The position numbers and the translations under genes are program-made. 62,000 bases of DNA from Octopus vulgaris (lineage: Eukaryota): the NCBI GenBank assembly GCA_951406725.2, contig OX597814.1:169342001-169404000 (forward strand), written 5' to 3'. Every line of letters starts with the position of its first letter. The stretch's first letter is position 1. Below, piece by piece: positions 37,926-50,222 of the stretch. Under the pieces are notes generated by a model that was given only the letters and a program-made list of their open reading frames with translations, did not search any database and had not been told where the DNA came from.

Positions 37926-37994
37926 AGAATAAAAATATTCTGCTGATCTGAATAAAGAAATTTTTGCTGGAACATGGGGCAGGTCAAGTGACAA
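36063..37994 (-). CDS. RTE-clade non-LTR reverse transcriptase with PHD-like insert; first ~23 codons are flanking DNA
   Basis: KAPGPSGI, NYRGIKLL, QFGF..GKSTTDAIF, FVDLEKAFDRVP, GVHQGSVLSPLLF, YADD, GLRINLAKTK, FRYLG, RRLRWYGHVMRM. Confidence 0.95.
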   Translation of the reverse strand: MSLDLPHVPAKISLFRSAEYFYSSFRVARQCVRENCDVVGEKCVRKDDGSLALNEDAKREAWRRHYERLLNEENEWDKESLPNVDPTEGPAIRVNSSLVDKAIRSMKTGKAPGPSGITAEMLKISGGVGYSLVTRIVNQVIHEGVIPNDWCSSIIVNCYKGKGDALDTNNYRGIKLLDQVMKVTERVIAQLIRESVSLDDMQFGFVPGKSTTDAIFLVRQLQEKYLAKDKPLYLAFVDLEKAFDRVPRSLIWWSMRKLGIDEWLVRAVQAMYRDAASKVRVGNEYSEEFRVEVGVHQGSVLSPLLFIIVLQAITEEFKTGCPWELLYADDLALITESLSELEEKFQVWKQGLESKGLRINLAKTKVLISRKVDQSQTTSGRWPCSICKKGVGRNSIRCTKCKLWTHKRFSNVKGRLTRKIVFVCGRCSGAINTGNVQRPTSTTFQGDKLEVVDSFRYLGDQVSSGGGCAESVTARVRIAWAKFRELLPLLVTKGLSLRVKGRLYDACVRTAMLHGSETWAVTAEDMRKFARNEASMLRWMCNVSVHNRQSVSTLREKLNLRSVNCGVQERRLRWYGHVMRMAVDSCVQKCYTLAVEGTCGRGRPRKTWDEVVKHDLRTLGLTKEMTRDRDLWKYAVHEKTRQE

Positions 37995-38084
37995 CTAGGC
38001 TTACATAAGGATAATGATGGTATTGTAGTTGATGGTGGTGGTGGTGGTGGTGTGATGGTGGTGAAAGCGATGAGGATGATAATG

Positions 38085-38445
38085 ATGATGATGTCATCAT
38101 GGCCAATGCCAGTGTCACATAGCAAGCACCCATGCCAATGGCATGTAAAAAGCACCCTTTGAACATGGGGCCTCACAGAAGCAATGGTAAGTGACTGAGA
38201 TGACCAAGACCTTTTGTGAAATGCTGTACTTGAGAAGCCTTGTCAAGCCAAGTGAAAGCTTAGTTGTGGCCAATGCCAGTGTCACATAACTGGCACCCAT
38301 GTGGTGGTATGTAAAAAGCACCCATTACACTCTTGGAGTGGTTGGCATTAGGAAAGGCATCCAGCCTTTGAAACCATGCCAAATCAGACTAGAACCTGGT
38401 GTAGTCCTACAGCTTACTAGTTTCAGTCAAACCGTCCAACCCATG
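38085..38445 (+). mobile_element. RTE LINE 3' end (UTR piece, ORF end, UTR)
   Basis: Decayed RTLGLTEAM..DLW..AVLEK block preceded and followed by UTR modules. Confidence 0.8.
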
Positions 38446-38820
38446 ATGATGATGATGATGAGAATGAGGATGATAAAGATGATTCTGTTGATAATGACAA
38501 TGATCATGATGATGAGGAGGATGAGGATGAGGATGCTGCTGTTACTGCTGACGATGATGATGATGCTGATGATGATAACGATGACAATGATGGTGATGAT
38601 GATGATGAGAATGAGGATGATAAAGATGATTCTGTTGATATTGACAATGATCATGATGAAGAGGAGGATGAAGATGCTGCTGCTACTGCTGACGATGATG
38701 ATGATGATGCTAATACTGATGCTGCTGATGATGATGACGACAATGATGGTGATGGTGATATGATGAATAGACTGCTGATACAGTTGCTGATAGTGATGAT
38801 GTTGATGATGTCTTATCATC
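38443..38820. repeat. Degenerate (GAT)n tract with ~150-bp internal duplication
   Basis: GAGAATGAGGATGATAAAGATGATTCTGTTGAT block at ~38460 and ~38607. Confidence 0.9.
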
Positions 38821-39130
38821 ATTTTGCTTTAAAACAAAACTCCATCAATCTACCTTAGAATGTGTGTACCTTTGAGGTTTATTTTTTTTATATACATATT
38901 TTGGGGTCAGAAGGAAGAGAACATTTTGCTTTTTCCAATTTAATTTTTAAAAAAACTTATTTTCTTTTTTAAAAACGATAACCGAAAAAAAAAAAGAAAT
39001 TATTTAAAATAAAGTTATTTAAAACTAAAACTGCTTTCTTTCACTTTTTATATTTTAGTTATGATATTTTTGCATAACAATATATTTGTTTGGTTATTGA
39101 TGAAGCTACTATTGATTTGTGAAAACTCAC

Positions 39131-39301
39131 CTAAGGAAACTGACTGCATCAGAACCTTAGCAGACAGTTCCATGGCATTATTCACCATTTGTTTTGTAGC
39201 AGGTAAAAATAAATCAATTATCTCCAAGTATTTGCTACCCCTGTCTCACCCCTTACTCGTTTCCATTGTAATTCAGACATGTTTGGATGTATAACTAGTT
39301 T
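39131..39301 (-). CDS. Candidate small exons (39257-39301 KLVIHPNMSELQWKR; second ending at 39131)
   Basis: tttttacacag| acceptor; donors CGA|gtaagg and TAG|gtgagt. Confidence 0.25.
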
Positions 39302-39400
39302 CTGTGTAAAAATGAGCGCATGCCTGTGTATAGATGTGTTTATATGATGTGCATATGTTTGTGTGTGTATGTGTGTTTGTGTGTGTGTGTGTGTATGTGT

Positions 39401-39467
<67 letters not shown>

Positions 39468-40646
39468 ATCAGATTTCTCATGAATATTAGATGCTTGTAT
39501 AATTCTGATCTGTTTGAATGTATTGCCTCCTTTTCTGTGTAGGATGTGTATATGTGCCTGTACTCTGTGTGTGTATGTGTATGTTTGTGTTTGTGTTTTT
39601 GTTTTTATGTGTGTGTGTGTGTGTGTTGTTTTGAGCCTTTGTGAATGTATGCAATCCTGCATGTTCATGTTTGTGTAAATATATATTGAAACACAAGTGC
39701 TCACATATGAACATACTCTCCTACATACATACATGCATACACACTCTCTTGCATACATACATACACATGTATGTCTGTACTGATTTTGTCATTCTCTCTG
39801 TTTCTGTCATACCTTTTCCAAACACATGCATACACAAACACACACACACACATGCAAACATACATTTGCGGCTTTTCTCTATGTATCCAGCTTGTTCATG
39901 ATTTTGTATGGAGCTGCAATCTTTGTACAGCTCAGATACACAGGGGGAAGACACATTCTTATATTGCAGCTTGCTGTCTATGGTTACAAACCAGAACCTC
40001 AGATTGTTTTATAAAACAAGGTCCAGTCCTTGTTGTGGTGTGGTAGCTTCTGTGCCACAATGATTCTAAGAGCAATGCCAATGGAGCACAAACACCTGGT
40101 AGGGTCTCCCATAACATATAACATCGCCCTTTTCAAGCCTAGCCAGACTCGTGGGCCCGGTTTCCCGGTTTCTATGGCATACGTGTTCCCCCCAGCTGGA
40201 CGGAATGCCAGTCCATCACAGCATTACTCAAGAAACAGGAAGAGAGAGTGAGAGAAAGTTGTGGCGAAAGAGTACAGCAGAGAGGTATAGCTCCTTTTCC
40301 CAGGTGTGTAATATATGAATAGTTATGATGATGAGGGTTCCAGTTAATTAGATCAATGGAACAGCCTGCTCATGAAATTAATGCGCTCCATAGATATGCG
40401 TGCCCTTAATGTAGTTTTCAGTGAGATTCAGCATGAAATACAGGCACTACTCATTTTTATCAGCCCAGTGGACTGGAGCAACATGAAATAAAGTGTCTTG
40501 CTCAAGGGCATAACACGCTACTGCGCATCAACCCTCATGACCTTATGACTGTAAGCTGAATGCCCTAACCACTAAACCAAGCACCTAACAGTGTAGTTAC
40601 CTGTAGAGAGGTATAGCTTCTCTTCACAGATGTATAATAAATCATA

Positions 40647-40865
40647 TACGAAGGAGTGTCTAGCAGTTCCTGGCTTTAAGGGTATCATGAAAGGCTTAGT
40701 TGGAGGCCCAACCTTCTGAGTTCTTTTACAGGGATTAGAAAAACTGAAGGGCTGTTGCAATGTCTGTGAATCTGAGAGAAGAATATGTTGAATAAAATCA
40801 TAATTAACTGATCCTCTTGTATTTTCTTTTAACCAAAGCCAGGAACTTTTCAGCACACTCTTGTA
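40647..40865 (+). mobile_element. Mariner-derived MITE, second copy
   Basis: Matches 23747-23963; TA flanks. Confidence 0.85.
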
Positions 40866-41059
40866 TGAATAGTAAGAACTGAAGTAAGCCATGTATTCAA
40901 CCTTGTAAGACTGATGCCTTTTTGGATGACTGATAGGAAGATTGATCTAAAACAGTGCTTTGCAACCATTTTTTGCCTATGAATCCTTTTGATTCTTACT
41001 TTACTCGACTGGACCTCTATAGCCATTTGATGCATATAAAAAAAACAAAAAATATTTTT

Positions 41060-41465
41060 CATCATCATTTAGTGTCTGTTTTCCATGCTGACATGAGTTA
41101 GATGGATTGACTGGAACTGGTAAGCCAGAGAGCTTGCACAAGGTTCTAGTCTGATTTGGCTTGGTTTCTATGGCTGGATGCCATTTCTAACTCCAACCAC
41201 TCCAAGAGTGTAAGGGTGCTTATTACGTGCCACCAACATGGGTGCCATTTACTTGTCACTGGCAATGACCATGATTAAGGTTTCACTTGGCTTGATGATT
41301 TTTCTCAAGCACAGCATTTTGCCGAAGGTCTCAGTTACTTGTCATCGCCTTCATGAAGCCCAACATTCATAGATCGTTTCACCATGAGGCCCAGTATTTG
41401 AAGATATCACTACCAGCAACAACCATGATTATGATTTCACAGGTGCCATTTATATGACTCTGGCA
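41060..41465 (-). mobile_element. RTE LINE 3' end, CpG-decayed
   Basis: Shared tail and ORF-end block. Confidence 0.75.
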
Positions 41466-42084
41466 ACAGCCATAACTAATTTTATAATTAAATATTATTA
41501 GAAATTGTATAAAAAGTTCTTTTTAATATTTTGTATATGGTAGCAGTATAAGCAATTTATTGCACATAAGTTTTAACAACAAAATCTTATAAGGAACCCC
41601 AAGGGTCATATAAGGACCCCTAAGGGTCATATGGACCCTGCTTGAGGAACACTGCTCTAAAATGATACCTTTGATAGATTTTACAATCGCTTTAGTAGTT
41701 TCCAGAGTATCTCTTTGGATTTCAGAGTTCTTTTGAACCATACTTTGCTAGAAGTGATACATACTCTTCTAGGACTGTGACACATACTTTATAACTATCA
41801 CAGTAAAAATACCTGTTGTGCTGTGATTTGGTCCGAATCCAAATTGTCTTTTAGAAATATCTAGGTTTTCTTCAATCAGTAACTTTATTGTTGTTTCTTG
41901 ACTGTTGATTTCATTACTTTGATGTTGAGTGATGATCAGTATTTTGGTGGCTCAGTTCTAGAATTCGTCTTGCCTAGAGGTTTTATAAAACAAGGTCCAG
42001 TCCTTGTGGTGTGGTAGCTTGTGTGCCACAATAATTCTAAGAGCAATGCCAATGGAGCACAAACACCTGGTAGGGTCTCCCATA

Positions 42085-42410
42085 ACATATAACGTTGCCC
42101 TTTTCAAGCCTAACCAGGCTCATGATCCTGGTTTCCCAGTTTCTGTGGCATATGCGTTCCTCCCAGCTGGACAGGATACCAGTCCATCACAGCATTATTC
42201 AAGAAACAGGAGGAGAGAGTGAGAGAAAGTGGTGGCGAAAGAGTACAACAGGGGTCACCACCACCCCCTGCTGGAACCTCGTGGAGCTTTTAGGTGTTTT
42301 CACTCAGTAAATACACACAACGCCTGGTCTGGGAATTGAAACCGCGATCCTCCGACCGCAAGTCTGCTGCCCTAACCACTGGGCCATTGCGCCTCCACAT
42401 ACTGGAGTAA
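42085..42410 (-). mobile_element. SINE family C variant; 3' half plus flank duplicated at ~40000-40290
   Basis: A/B boxes at 42330-42400; shared ~125-bp flank. Confidence 0.8.
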
Positions 42411-42911
42411 AACAGTAAAAAGAGTAAGAGTAATCCCTAAAATACTACCATGGGCCCAAAAACGTTTTATATGAACCTCCCCAGGGTTCATATGGACCCA
42501 GTTGAGAACCACTAGCTTAAGTGTAAAATAAATATTATAAGTGAGGTTTTCAACTTATTTAGAATAATACTGCAAATAAATCAAAAATTGAAATAGGGAA
42601 AACTAGGAGCAGTTTGCTCCATAGTGTTCCTTCACAATTTTGATTAAAATCTGGAAGATTTTTTGCAGTTTGAATTCCTGTTTTCAATTTCAATCTTAAT
42701 GATATTTTCAGTTTTCAAGATGATGTTCCATAGCATTGTGTCAGATTGTCAGATGTTTTGTGGTTGGCTGTCAGCTTTCCATATTTGATACTGGCAAAAC
42801 ACATTGACTTCACCATTTGTTGTCAAATGTGCAGTTGTGTAGTGTTTCTTGATGAGGACATGAATGTGGTCTGTTGTGCCAGAGAAAGGAGAGAGAGGGA
42901 GGAAGAGCAAG

Positions 42912-42924
42912 AGATAGATAGATG

Positions 42925-42991
<67 letters not shown>

Positions 42992-43190
42992 GGATAGATA
43001 GATGGATGGATGGATGGATGGATGGATGGATGGATGGATGGATGGATGGATGGATGGATGGATGGATGGATGGATGGATGGATGGATGGATGGATGGATG
43101 GATGGATGGATGGATGGATGGATGGATAGGTAGGTAGGTAGGTAAGTAGGTAGGTAGGTAGATAGATAGATAGATAGATAGATAGATATA
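42912..43190. repeat. Compound (GATA)n(GGAT)n(AGGT)n(GATA)n microsatellite
   Basis: Direct reading. Confidence 0.97.
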
Positions 43191-44090
43191 GTGTGACTGA
43201 TTGGGGGAGTTTACAAGGCTCTACAATTCTTGTTAATATTGTTGCTTCTTAAGATGATGAGCTGGCAGAATTGTTGACCCACCAGACAAAATGCTAAGGG
43301 TCATTTTGTTTGCCTATACATTCTAAGTTCAAATTCTATGGTCGACTTTGCCTTTCATCTTTTCGAGGTTGATAAAATGAGCACTAGTTAAGTATTGGGG
43401 CTGATGTAATCAACTAGGCCCTTTCCCTGAAATTGATGGCCTTATGCCAAAATTTGAAATCAATATTGTTGCCTCTGAATTGTTATTGCACCAGGCAAAA
43501 TGCTTAGTGGTATTTCGTCTGTCTTTATACTTTGAGTTCAAATTCTGCCAAGGTCGACTTTATCAGTTGAACACTGAAATTTTTGGCCTTTTGCCAAAAT
43601 TTGAAACCAATATTGTTGCTTCTTGATTATTTCATTCACTTAGTTTTCATCGTGCTTTGTTTCCACCTAATTCTCTGCCACAATGTATTATGGATTTGCT
43701 GAAGAAGAAATATTTGTTCTTTGAAGTAATACACTTCTTTAACTGAAAGAGTTTCATTCCAGTGACTGGTCTGTATTTGTCTTTGAACCAAGCTTTATAA
43801 GTGGATTTTTTTCACCGTTGACTTTGTTTGCAATGCAAATGTGCATAATTTTGTAAACAATTTCTCTAACTAAAATCCAGATTTTCCTATGATGTTTCTT
43901 TTAAATAATACTTATACACTCTCACATGTATGTATGTATGTATGTATGTATGTATGTATGTATGTATGTATGTATGTATGTATGTATGTATGTATGTATG
44001 TATGTATGTATGTATGTATGTATGTATGTATGTATGTATGAATGTATTGTATGTATGTATGTATGTATGTATGTATGTATGTATGTATGT

Positions 44091-44273
44091 CATTGCTCAG
44101 TTTTATTTCAAGATTTCTTGCCAATAGAGAATGAGCTGGTTTCTAGCCTATATCCAAGGCTCCTTCATTGGAATTTCAACATCAGCAATAAGGTATTTTG
44201 TATGTATGTATGTATGTATGTATGTATGTATGTATGTATGATTGCATGCATGCATGTATGTATGTATGTATGT

Positions 44274-44313
<40 letters not shown>

Positions 44314-45054
44314 ATGTATGTATGTATGTATGCATGCATGTATGTATGTATGTATATGTGCAGATTTGTATGTCTTGCTTTATGTATGTATTCTCATGCA
44401 TATAGTTGCATATCTAGACATGCTCATATATATTTAAATGATAAACTTCTGAAAAGTTTACAGATTTTCACAGTTCCAGTCATGGATTGGATCTGTAGTC
44501 TTCAGATTAGCTTTCTCCTTTCTGGTTTTGAGAAGCCTAATTTCTCAAGATTATTATTTAGGTAGTGTGTGACATATCCCGAGGCCCAAAAATTACAGGT
44601 ATAAACTTGAAATTGCAATCTGGATAGAGTAACTGCAGATTTCTCAATAGTTCAGCATAGGTGTTCTCTTTTTCACTAATCTTCAGCTTTATGTTAACAT
44701 CAGCTGGGCAGCTAATTTCCACAACTGTGCATAGTTTTTTTTCTCTGTCTCAAATCACTATATCAGGTCTATTGTGCTTACAGTTATTGAGGTCTTCACT
44801 GAGACAGTCTACTAATACTCCTTTTTATTATGAGTGGTTATAGCTTCTACCATACAGTGGGTTCATATTTCTTTGTCTTCGGAGTTATCCTTCTGATGGA
44901 TTTCATTATAGAGTGTCCTAGATACAACATCAGGTCTCATCGGTAGATAATACCATGATGACATTTTCAGACAACTGCTTATGATGAGGGTGATATCTTC
45001 AGTGTTAACTCCACAAAGTCTGCAACAGTTGTCACATTTTACTGCTTTTCTTTT
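44091..45054 (-). mobile_element. RLE-type (R4-like) LINE 3' fragment embedded in (TACA)n
   Basis: CRLCG..EDI..ISSC CCHC finger, NRPDIVI..DREKKLCTVVEISCP PD-(D/E)xK nuclease, decayed by stops and frameshifts; (ATGT)n on both flanks. Confidence 0.85.
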
Positions 45055-45265
45055 ATGTATGTATGTATATATGCATGCATGCCTGCATGTATGTATGTAT
45101 GTATGTATGTATGTATGTATGTATGTATGTATGTATGTATGTATGTATGTATGTATGTATGCATGCATGTATGTATGGATGGATGAATGTATATATGTAT
45201 GTATGTGTGTGTGTATGTATGTATGTATGTATGTATGTATGCATGTATGTATGAATGGATGAGTG

Positions 45266-45299
<34 letters not shown>

Positions 45300-45439
45300 T
45301 GTATGTATGTATGTATGTACGTATGTATGTACATGTGTATGTATGTATGTATGTATGTATGTATGTATGTACGTGTGTATGTATGTATGTATGTATTTAT
45401 GTATGTATGTATGTATGTATAGATTGATGTATGTACATG

Positions 45440-45835
45440 CAGGGTGTCCAGAAAATCATAAGAGAAAAGGAAACATTTGCTGAAATTGCAACAAAAACTG
45501 GATACTGTTGAAATTTTTCTATAATATGAAGTAAAACGTGAAGTTTATACACAAATATTTTATAAATTTGTATTTGGCCCCTATCCATTGCATGAAGGAC
45601 ATCTAAACAATATTCAATTTTTGTCCATGTCCTTCTTGACACACCCTCATCAATAGTCACAATGGCAGTAGTGATTCTTTGCTTAAGTTCATCCAACTCC
45701 TTTATGCTACTTTGGTACATGATTTGTTTTGTATAACCCCACAAGAAAAAAGTCTATGGGTGTTATATCTAGGGAATGAGGGGTCAAGTAATTGGGCCAC
45801 TTTTTCCTATCCAGCAATCTGGAAACCTTTCATTT
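45440..45835 (-). mobile_element. Tc1/maT (DD37D-like) transposon 3' fragment
   Basis: Decayed WPxxSPDLTP.DFFLWGY motif, then ELKQRITTAI; terminal CAGGGTGTCC. Confidence 0.75.
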
Positions 45836-46479
45836 AAAAATCTGCAGATGGTTGCATGTGAAATAAAATTTGAGTGAGGTCGTTGCCAGTGCTGCTGGAC
45901 TGGCTCCTGTGCAGCCCTGTCAGTTTACTGATCAAATGTGGTCAAAGATAGTTCTCTTAATGTATCAGTCTGCTTTCAGTGTTTTACTCTGTCTTTCTCC
46001 TTAGCAGCACAGTGATGAAGCTAGTTCCCATACACAATGGCCATGGAACCAGAAACAAATATTCTACCACATCTACAAAAATCTGTATATACACAAACAA
46101 CTCAGTGCAGTTGTATATTTCACATGGTGGTGGAAAAGTGTAGTTGACAAGGCTGTTAGAGAAAAGAAACAGGCCTGGAGCTACTAACAGTTTCGTGTGA
46201 ACGTATATTTAGGCAGGTTTTTATAATACACCTAGTGTCTCTAAACAATCTTTAGGCCCTGAGCACATGGTTTGTTCTGCTTGAAAATCTGGATGCAGGT
46301 ACATGAGAAATCACAAGAAAAAACAAAAGAAGGTTGATGCAAAAAACCAGAAGGGTAAATACAGTGGAGAAAGTAAAGAAAGAAAATTTGACTGTAGCAA
46401 CCATAGTTAAACTAGTTGTTATAGAATAATTAATAATTCGATGGAGAGGCATCCAAACTCTGCATGACAGCTGCTCAAT

Positions 46480-47290
46480 CTGGAGAGAATGGTGTGCTCC
46501 AGTTTGCCAAAAGAAATTTATCTAAATGCTTGCATTTTCCTGAAAATTTCAGTTTTCCAATTAAGTAATGCAGTAGAATTCTTAGATCTAAAAGGAATGT
46601 GTGACATTTTGGTTATGCATAAGCTGCATTTTCAGATCCATTTACATCTGACATGGATTTTTCGACAATTTCCCACTTGATTGTATGTGGTGTGCAGTTG
46701 ATCTTCAAACTCAATACGCAGCTAGCCAACTTGGTGGCTTTACTTTTGTCAATGTGCTGGAAAGAAGATTGATGGTTTGCATAACATCTTTTGAAATTGC
46801 TTTCACATACACTGATGTAATTTTTCTTTTCAGTTAGCTTATCTTGAAGCATTGCTGTGACTTCTGTCTCATAGCCAACGGAGTTTACCATACACACCTA
46901 ATCTAGTGGGCTAGCAGTGTCTTGACAATTGCAGCTGGGAATAGGCTCTTGGTGATGCTTACGAGTGATTATGTTTTTCATATTGGGGCAGCAGCTGTAT
47001 GATATTTTAATTGAGTGTCTTTTAAAAATCTTCCCATATTTATGGTTTACTGGGAAATGCTTATCTAAAAAGAGACAGAAATTTATTGCCTACATTAGTT
47101 TTAGCTTTTTGAGAGAACGGTGGGGCGAAGCATATTACTTTCTTAGGCCTATTTTTTGGTGTAATTTTATGACAGATGTTTTTATTTGAAGGGTTGCAAT
47201 ATATTTTATCTTTGAAGCCACTGTTAGCTAGAGCATTGTTATAGTAGGGGGCTGCCATATCAAATATTTCTTTAGAGGAGGAGAGATTAG
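46480..47290 (-). mobile_element. Penelope-like element fragment (RT thumb plus GIY-YIG endonuclease), decayed
   Basis: AAPYYNNALANSGF, FAPPFSQ..KTNVGNKFL, YISVCESNFKRCYANHQSSF, IKWEIVEK, CSLC..LN..E....C.H. Confidence 0.85.
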
Positions 47291-47979
47291 ATATGCTATT
47301 ACTGATGTCAGCTATCAGATTAAGTACTATAGAGGACTGACTTCACAGTAAACCATAATAAATACAGGAAGATTTTTGAGCTTCCATCACAATTTCTTGA
47401 TAACTTATGTTCCAGTCACTAGCTTGATAATGACAAAGTTATTTCTTCAATATTTTCAAAATTAATGGAAACAAAGACAATGTATTTCAACATGTATTTC
47501 AAATATGGTAGCAAAAAAGGTTCTTCTATGTTCCAAATACCAGTCTATAAATGACAGTTATTTTACTAAATTGTTCGTTATTTTTTCAAAACTTTAATTG
47601 AAATAAAAGCAATTTATTTAAATAGAAACAGGGCATTTAAAGAGTTAAGACAGACCAGAAAAGGAGAACAGGGTCACTGACAGGATCTGAACCACAAACC
47701 ACCATATAGTTGTCTGCTTACCAAGGAGACAAGTGATAGATTTGAGGTTCAGATCCTTTCAGTGAGACTATGGTCTTCCTCTGTCTGAAAAATGGCTCTT
47801 ATAATAACTAATATAATTTTATGTGAAAATAATTTTTTCCTTCATAAGTATTATTCTAAAAACTTTAAAAACAATCCCTCAAGTGGTAAAAAAAAATCAA
47901 AGAGGAAAAACAGAAAAAATCATCAGAATCTATAAAAACAATTAAATAAAATTATCATTACAACTGTTTCTTTTCCTAA

Positions 47980-48305
47980 TATATTTTATTTTAATGTTAT
48001 TCTTACTGCAATTTTTGTTAGTTTTTATCAATGTAATTCTTATTAGTGTTATTTTTGTTGAAATTTATATTAGTATTATTTTAATGTAATTTATATTAAT
48101 TTTTTTTATGATAATGCCATTTTAATTAATATTATTTTTGTTAATTTTATCATAATTAATATTGGCTTTATCAATGTTATTTTTATTACTGCTGCTTTTT
48201 ATAAATTCTATATCCATTAATCTTATTTCTGTTAATCTTATTTTTGTTAATTTTATTTTTGTTAATATTATTTTTATTAATGTTATTTTAGCCAATGTTA
48301 TTTTT
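47980..48305. repeat. Degenerate ~15-bp AT-rich minisatellite (TTATTTTTGTTAAT-like) upstream of a splice acceptor
   Basis: Recurrent motif by eye. Confidence 0.6.
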
Positions 48306-48317
48306 GCACTTTAACAG

Positions 48318-48359
48318 AAAAATCAAGAAATAATTCTAATATTAGTTCTGTTGAAGATG
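48318..48359 (+). CDS. Candidate 42-nt exon (KSRNNSNISSVED or KNQEIILILVLLKM)
   Basis: tttttgcactttaacag|...GATG|gtgagc, both strong. Confidence 0.5.
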
Positions 48360-48609
48360 GTGAGCTGGAATATTTCTTAAATTAATGACACTTGACCATT
48401 CTATGAAATACCACAATATTGATAGTGTTAACTCCATTACATGCTTGTTGGCATTTCTTGTGGTCCTTTATTCTGGGTTCAACTGCCACTAAGGTTGACT
48501 TTGCCATTCATGTGTTAGGGATCAATAAAATAAATAACAGCTGTGCACTGAGGTGATGTAATTAACTCCCCTTAAAATTGCTGGTCTTGTGCCAAAGTTA
48601 GAAAGAATT

Positions 48610-49570
48610 GTTAGCACTGCCATGTAAAGAACACTGGTGCTAGCATCACTTCGAATGCACTCATGCCTATACCATGTATAAAATGAACTCATGCCCGTAC
48701 CATGTATAAAATGAACTCATGCCTGTACCATGTATAAAATGAACTCATGCCTGTACCATGTATAAAATGAACTCATGCCTGTACCATGTATAAAATGAAC
48801 TCATGCCTGTACCATGTATAAAATGAACTCATGCCCGTACCATGTATAAAATGAACTCATACCTGTACCATGTATAAAATGAACTCATGCTTGTACTATG
48901 TATAAAATGAACTCATGCCTGTACCATGTATAAAATGAACTCATGCCTGTACCATGTATAAAATGAACTCATGCCTGTACCATGTATAAAATGAACTCAT
49001 GCCTGTACCATGTATAAAATGAACTCATGCCTGTACCATGTATAAAATGAACTCATGCCTGTACCATGTATAAAATGAACTCATGCCTGTACTATGTATA
49101 AAATGAACTCATGCCTGTACCATGTATAAAATGAACTCATGCCTGTACCATGTATAAAATGAACTCATGCCTGTACTATGTATAAAATGAACTCATGCCT
49201 GTACCATGTATAAAATGAACTCATGCCTGTACCATGTGTAAAATGAACTCATGCCTGTACCATGTATAAAATGAACTCATGCCTGTACCATGTGTAAAAT
49301 GAACTCATGCCTGTACCATGTATAAAATGAACTCATGTCGGTGTCGGTGTCATGTAAAAAGCACTTGTGCGGATGTCATGTAATAGCATCCATGCCAATG
49401 CTGTGTAAAAACTACCAAGTACACTCTGTAAAGTGGTTGGTGTTAGGAAGGGCATCCAGTCACAGAAACCATACCAAAAGAGACATGGAACCTGGGCAGC
49501 TTTCCAGCTGGTCAACTCCTGTCTAACCATCCAGCCCATGTCAGGATGGGAAACAGACATTACATGAAGA
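48610..49570 (+). mobile_element. RTE-tail element hosting the 28-bp minisatellite
   Basis: Ends with GTGGTTGGTGTTAGGAAGGGCATCCAG...CCCATG...ATGAAGATGAT. Confidence 0.75.
48661..49337. repeat. 28-bp minisatellite, 24 units (TCATGCCTGTACCATGTATAAAATGAAC)
   Basis: Period 28 from 48661 to 49333; only scattered single substitutions; no spacers. Confidence 0.97.
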
Positions 49571-49798
49571 TGATACTCTTTTTATTTTTTGTTTCAGTCA
49601 TGTGACTGTGGCCATGCTGGAGCACTGATTTTGGTCGAGCAAATTGACCCCAGGACTTATTCTTTGTAAGTCTCGTACTTATTCTATTGGTCTCTTTTGC
49701 CAAACTGCTAAGTTACGGGGACGTAAATACACCAGCATCAGTTGTCAAGCAATGTTGGAAGGACAAACACAGACACACAAACATATACACACATATAC

Positions 49799-49858
<60 letters not shown>

Positions 49859-49995
49859 GACAGGCTTCTTTCAGTTTCTGTCTACCAAATCCACTCACAA
49901 GGCTTTGGTCGGCCCGAGGCTATAGTAGAAGACACTTGCCCAAGGTGTCACGCAGTGGGACTGAGCCCGGAACCATGTTGTTCATAAGCAAGCTA
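49555..49995 (-). mobile_element. SINE family A
   Basis: Similarity to 930-1313. Confidence 0.9.
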
Positions 49996-50169
49996 CTTAC
50001 CACACAGCCACTCCTGATGATGATGATTGATGATGATGATGATAAGGATGATGATGATGATGATGATGATGATGTATCAAGTAACACACCCTATAATATC
50101 CCTATGTTTCTCATATTTCAAAGAAGGGTTACATGCAAAGTTTCTTTTTTTTGTTTTTTGTCTGCAAAG

Positions 50170-50222
50170 CTTCCAAAACTCAAGACAGAAATAGAGGAAG
50201 ACACAAGTCACTGACTACTGAG
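50170..50222 (+). CDS. Candidate 53-nt exon (SKTQDRNRGRHKSLTTE or LPKLKTEIEEDTSH*)
   Basis: Long T tract + gcaaag| acceptor, GAG|gtcaga donor; phase-compatible with 48318-48359. Confidence 0.4.

Noticed and set aside
43887-45483. Many 60-190-aa ORFs (MYVC.., YIYI.., LSIY.., HTHT.., poly-I/M) here and across the window
   Set aside because: Translations of microsatellites that lack stops in some frames; no coding evidence
48661-49337. CRISPR-like array of 28-bp repeats
   Set aside because: Units are contiguous with no unique spacers, there are no cas genes, and the context is eukaryotic
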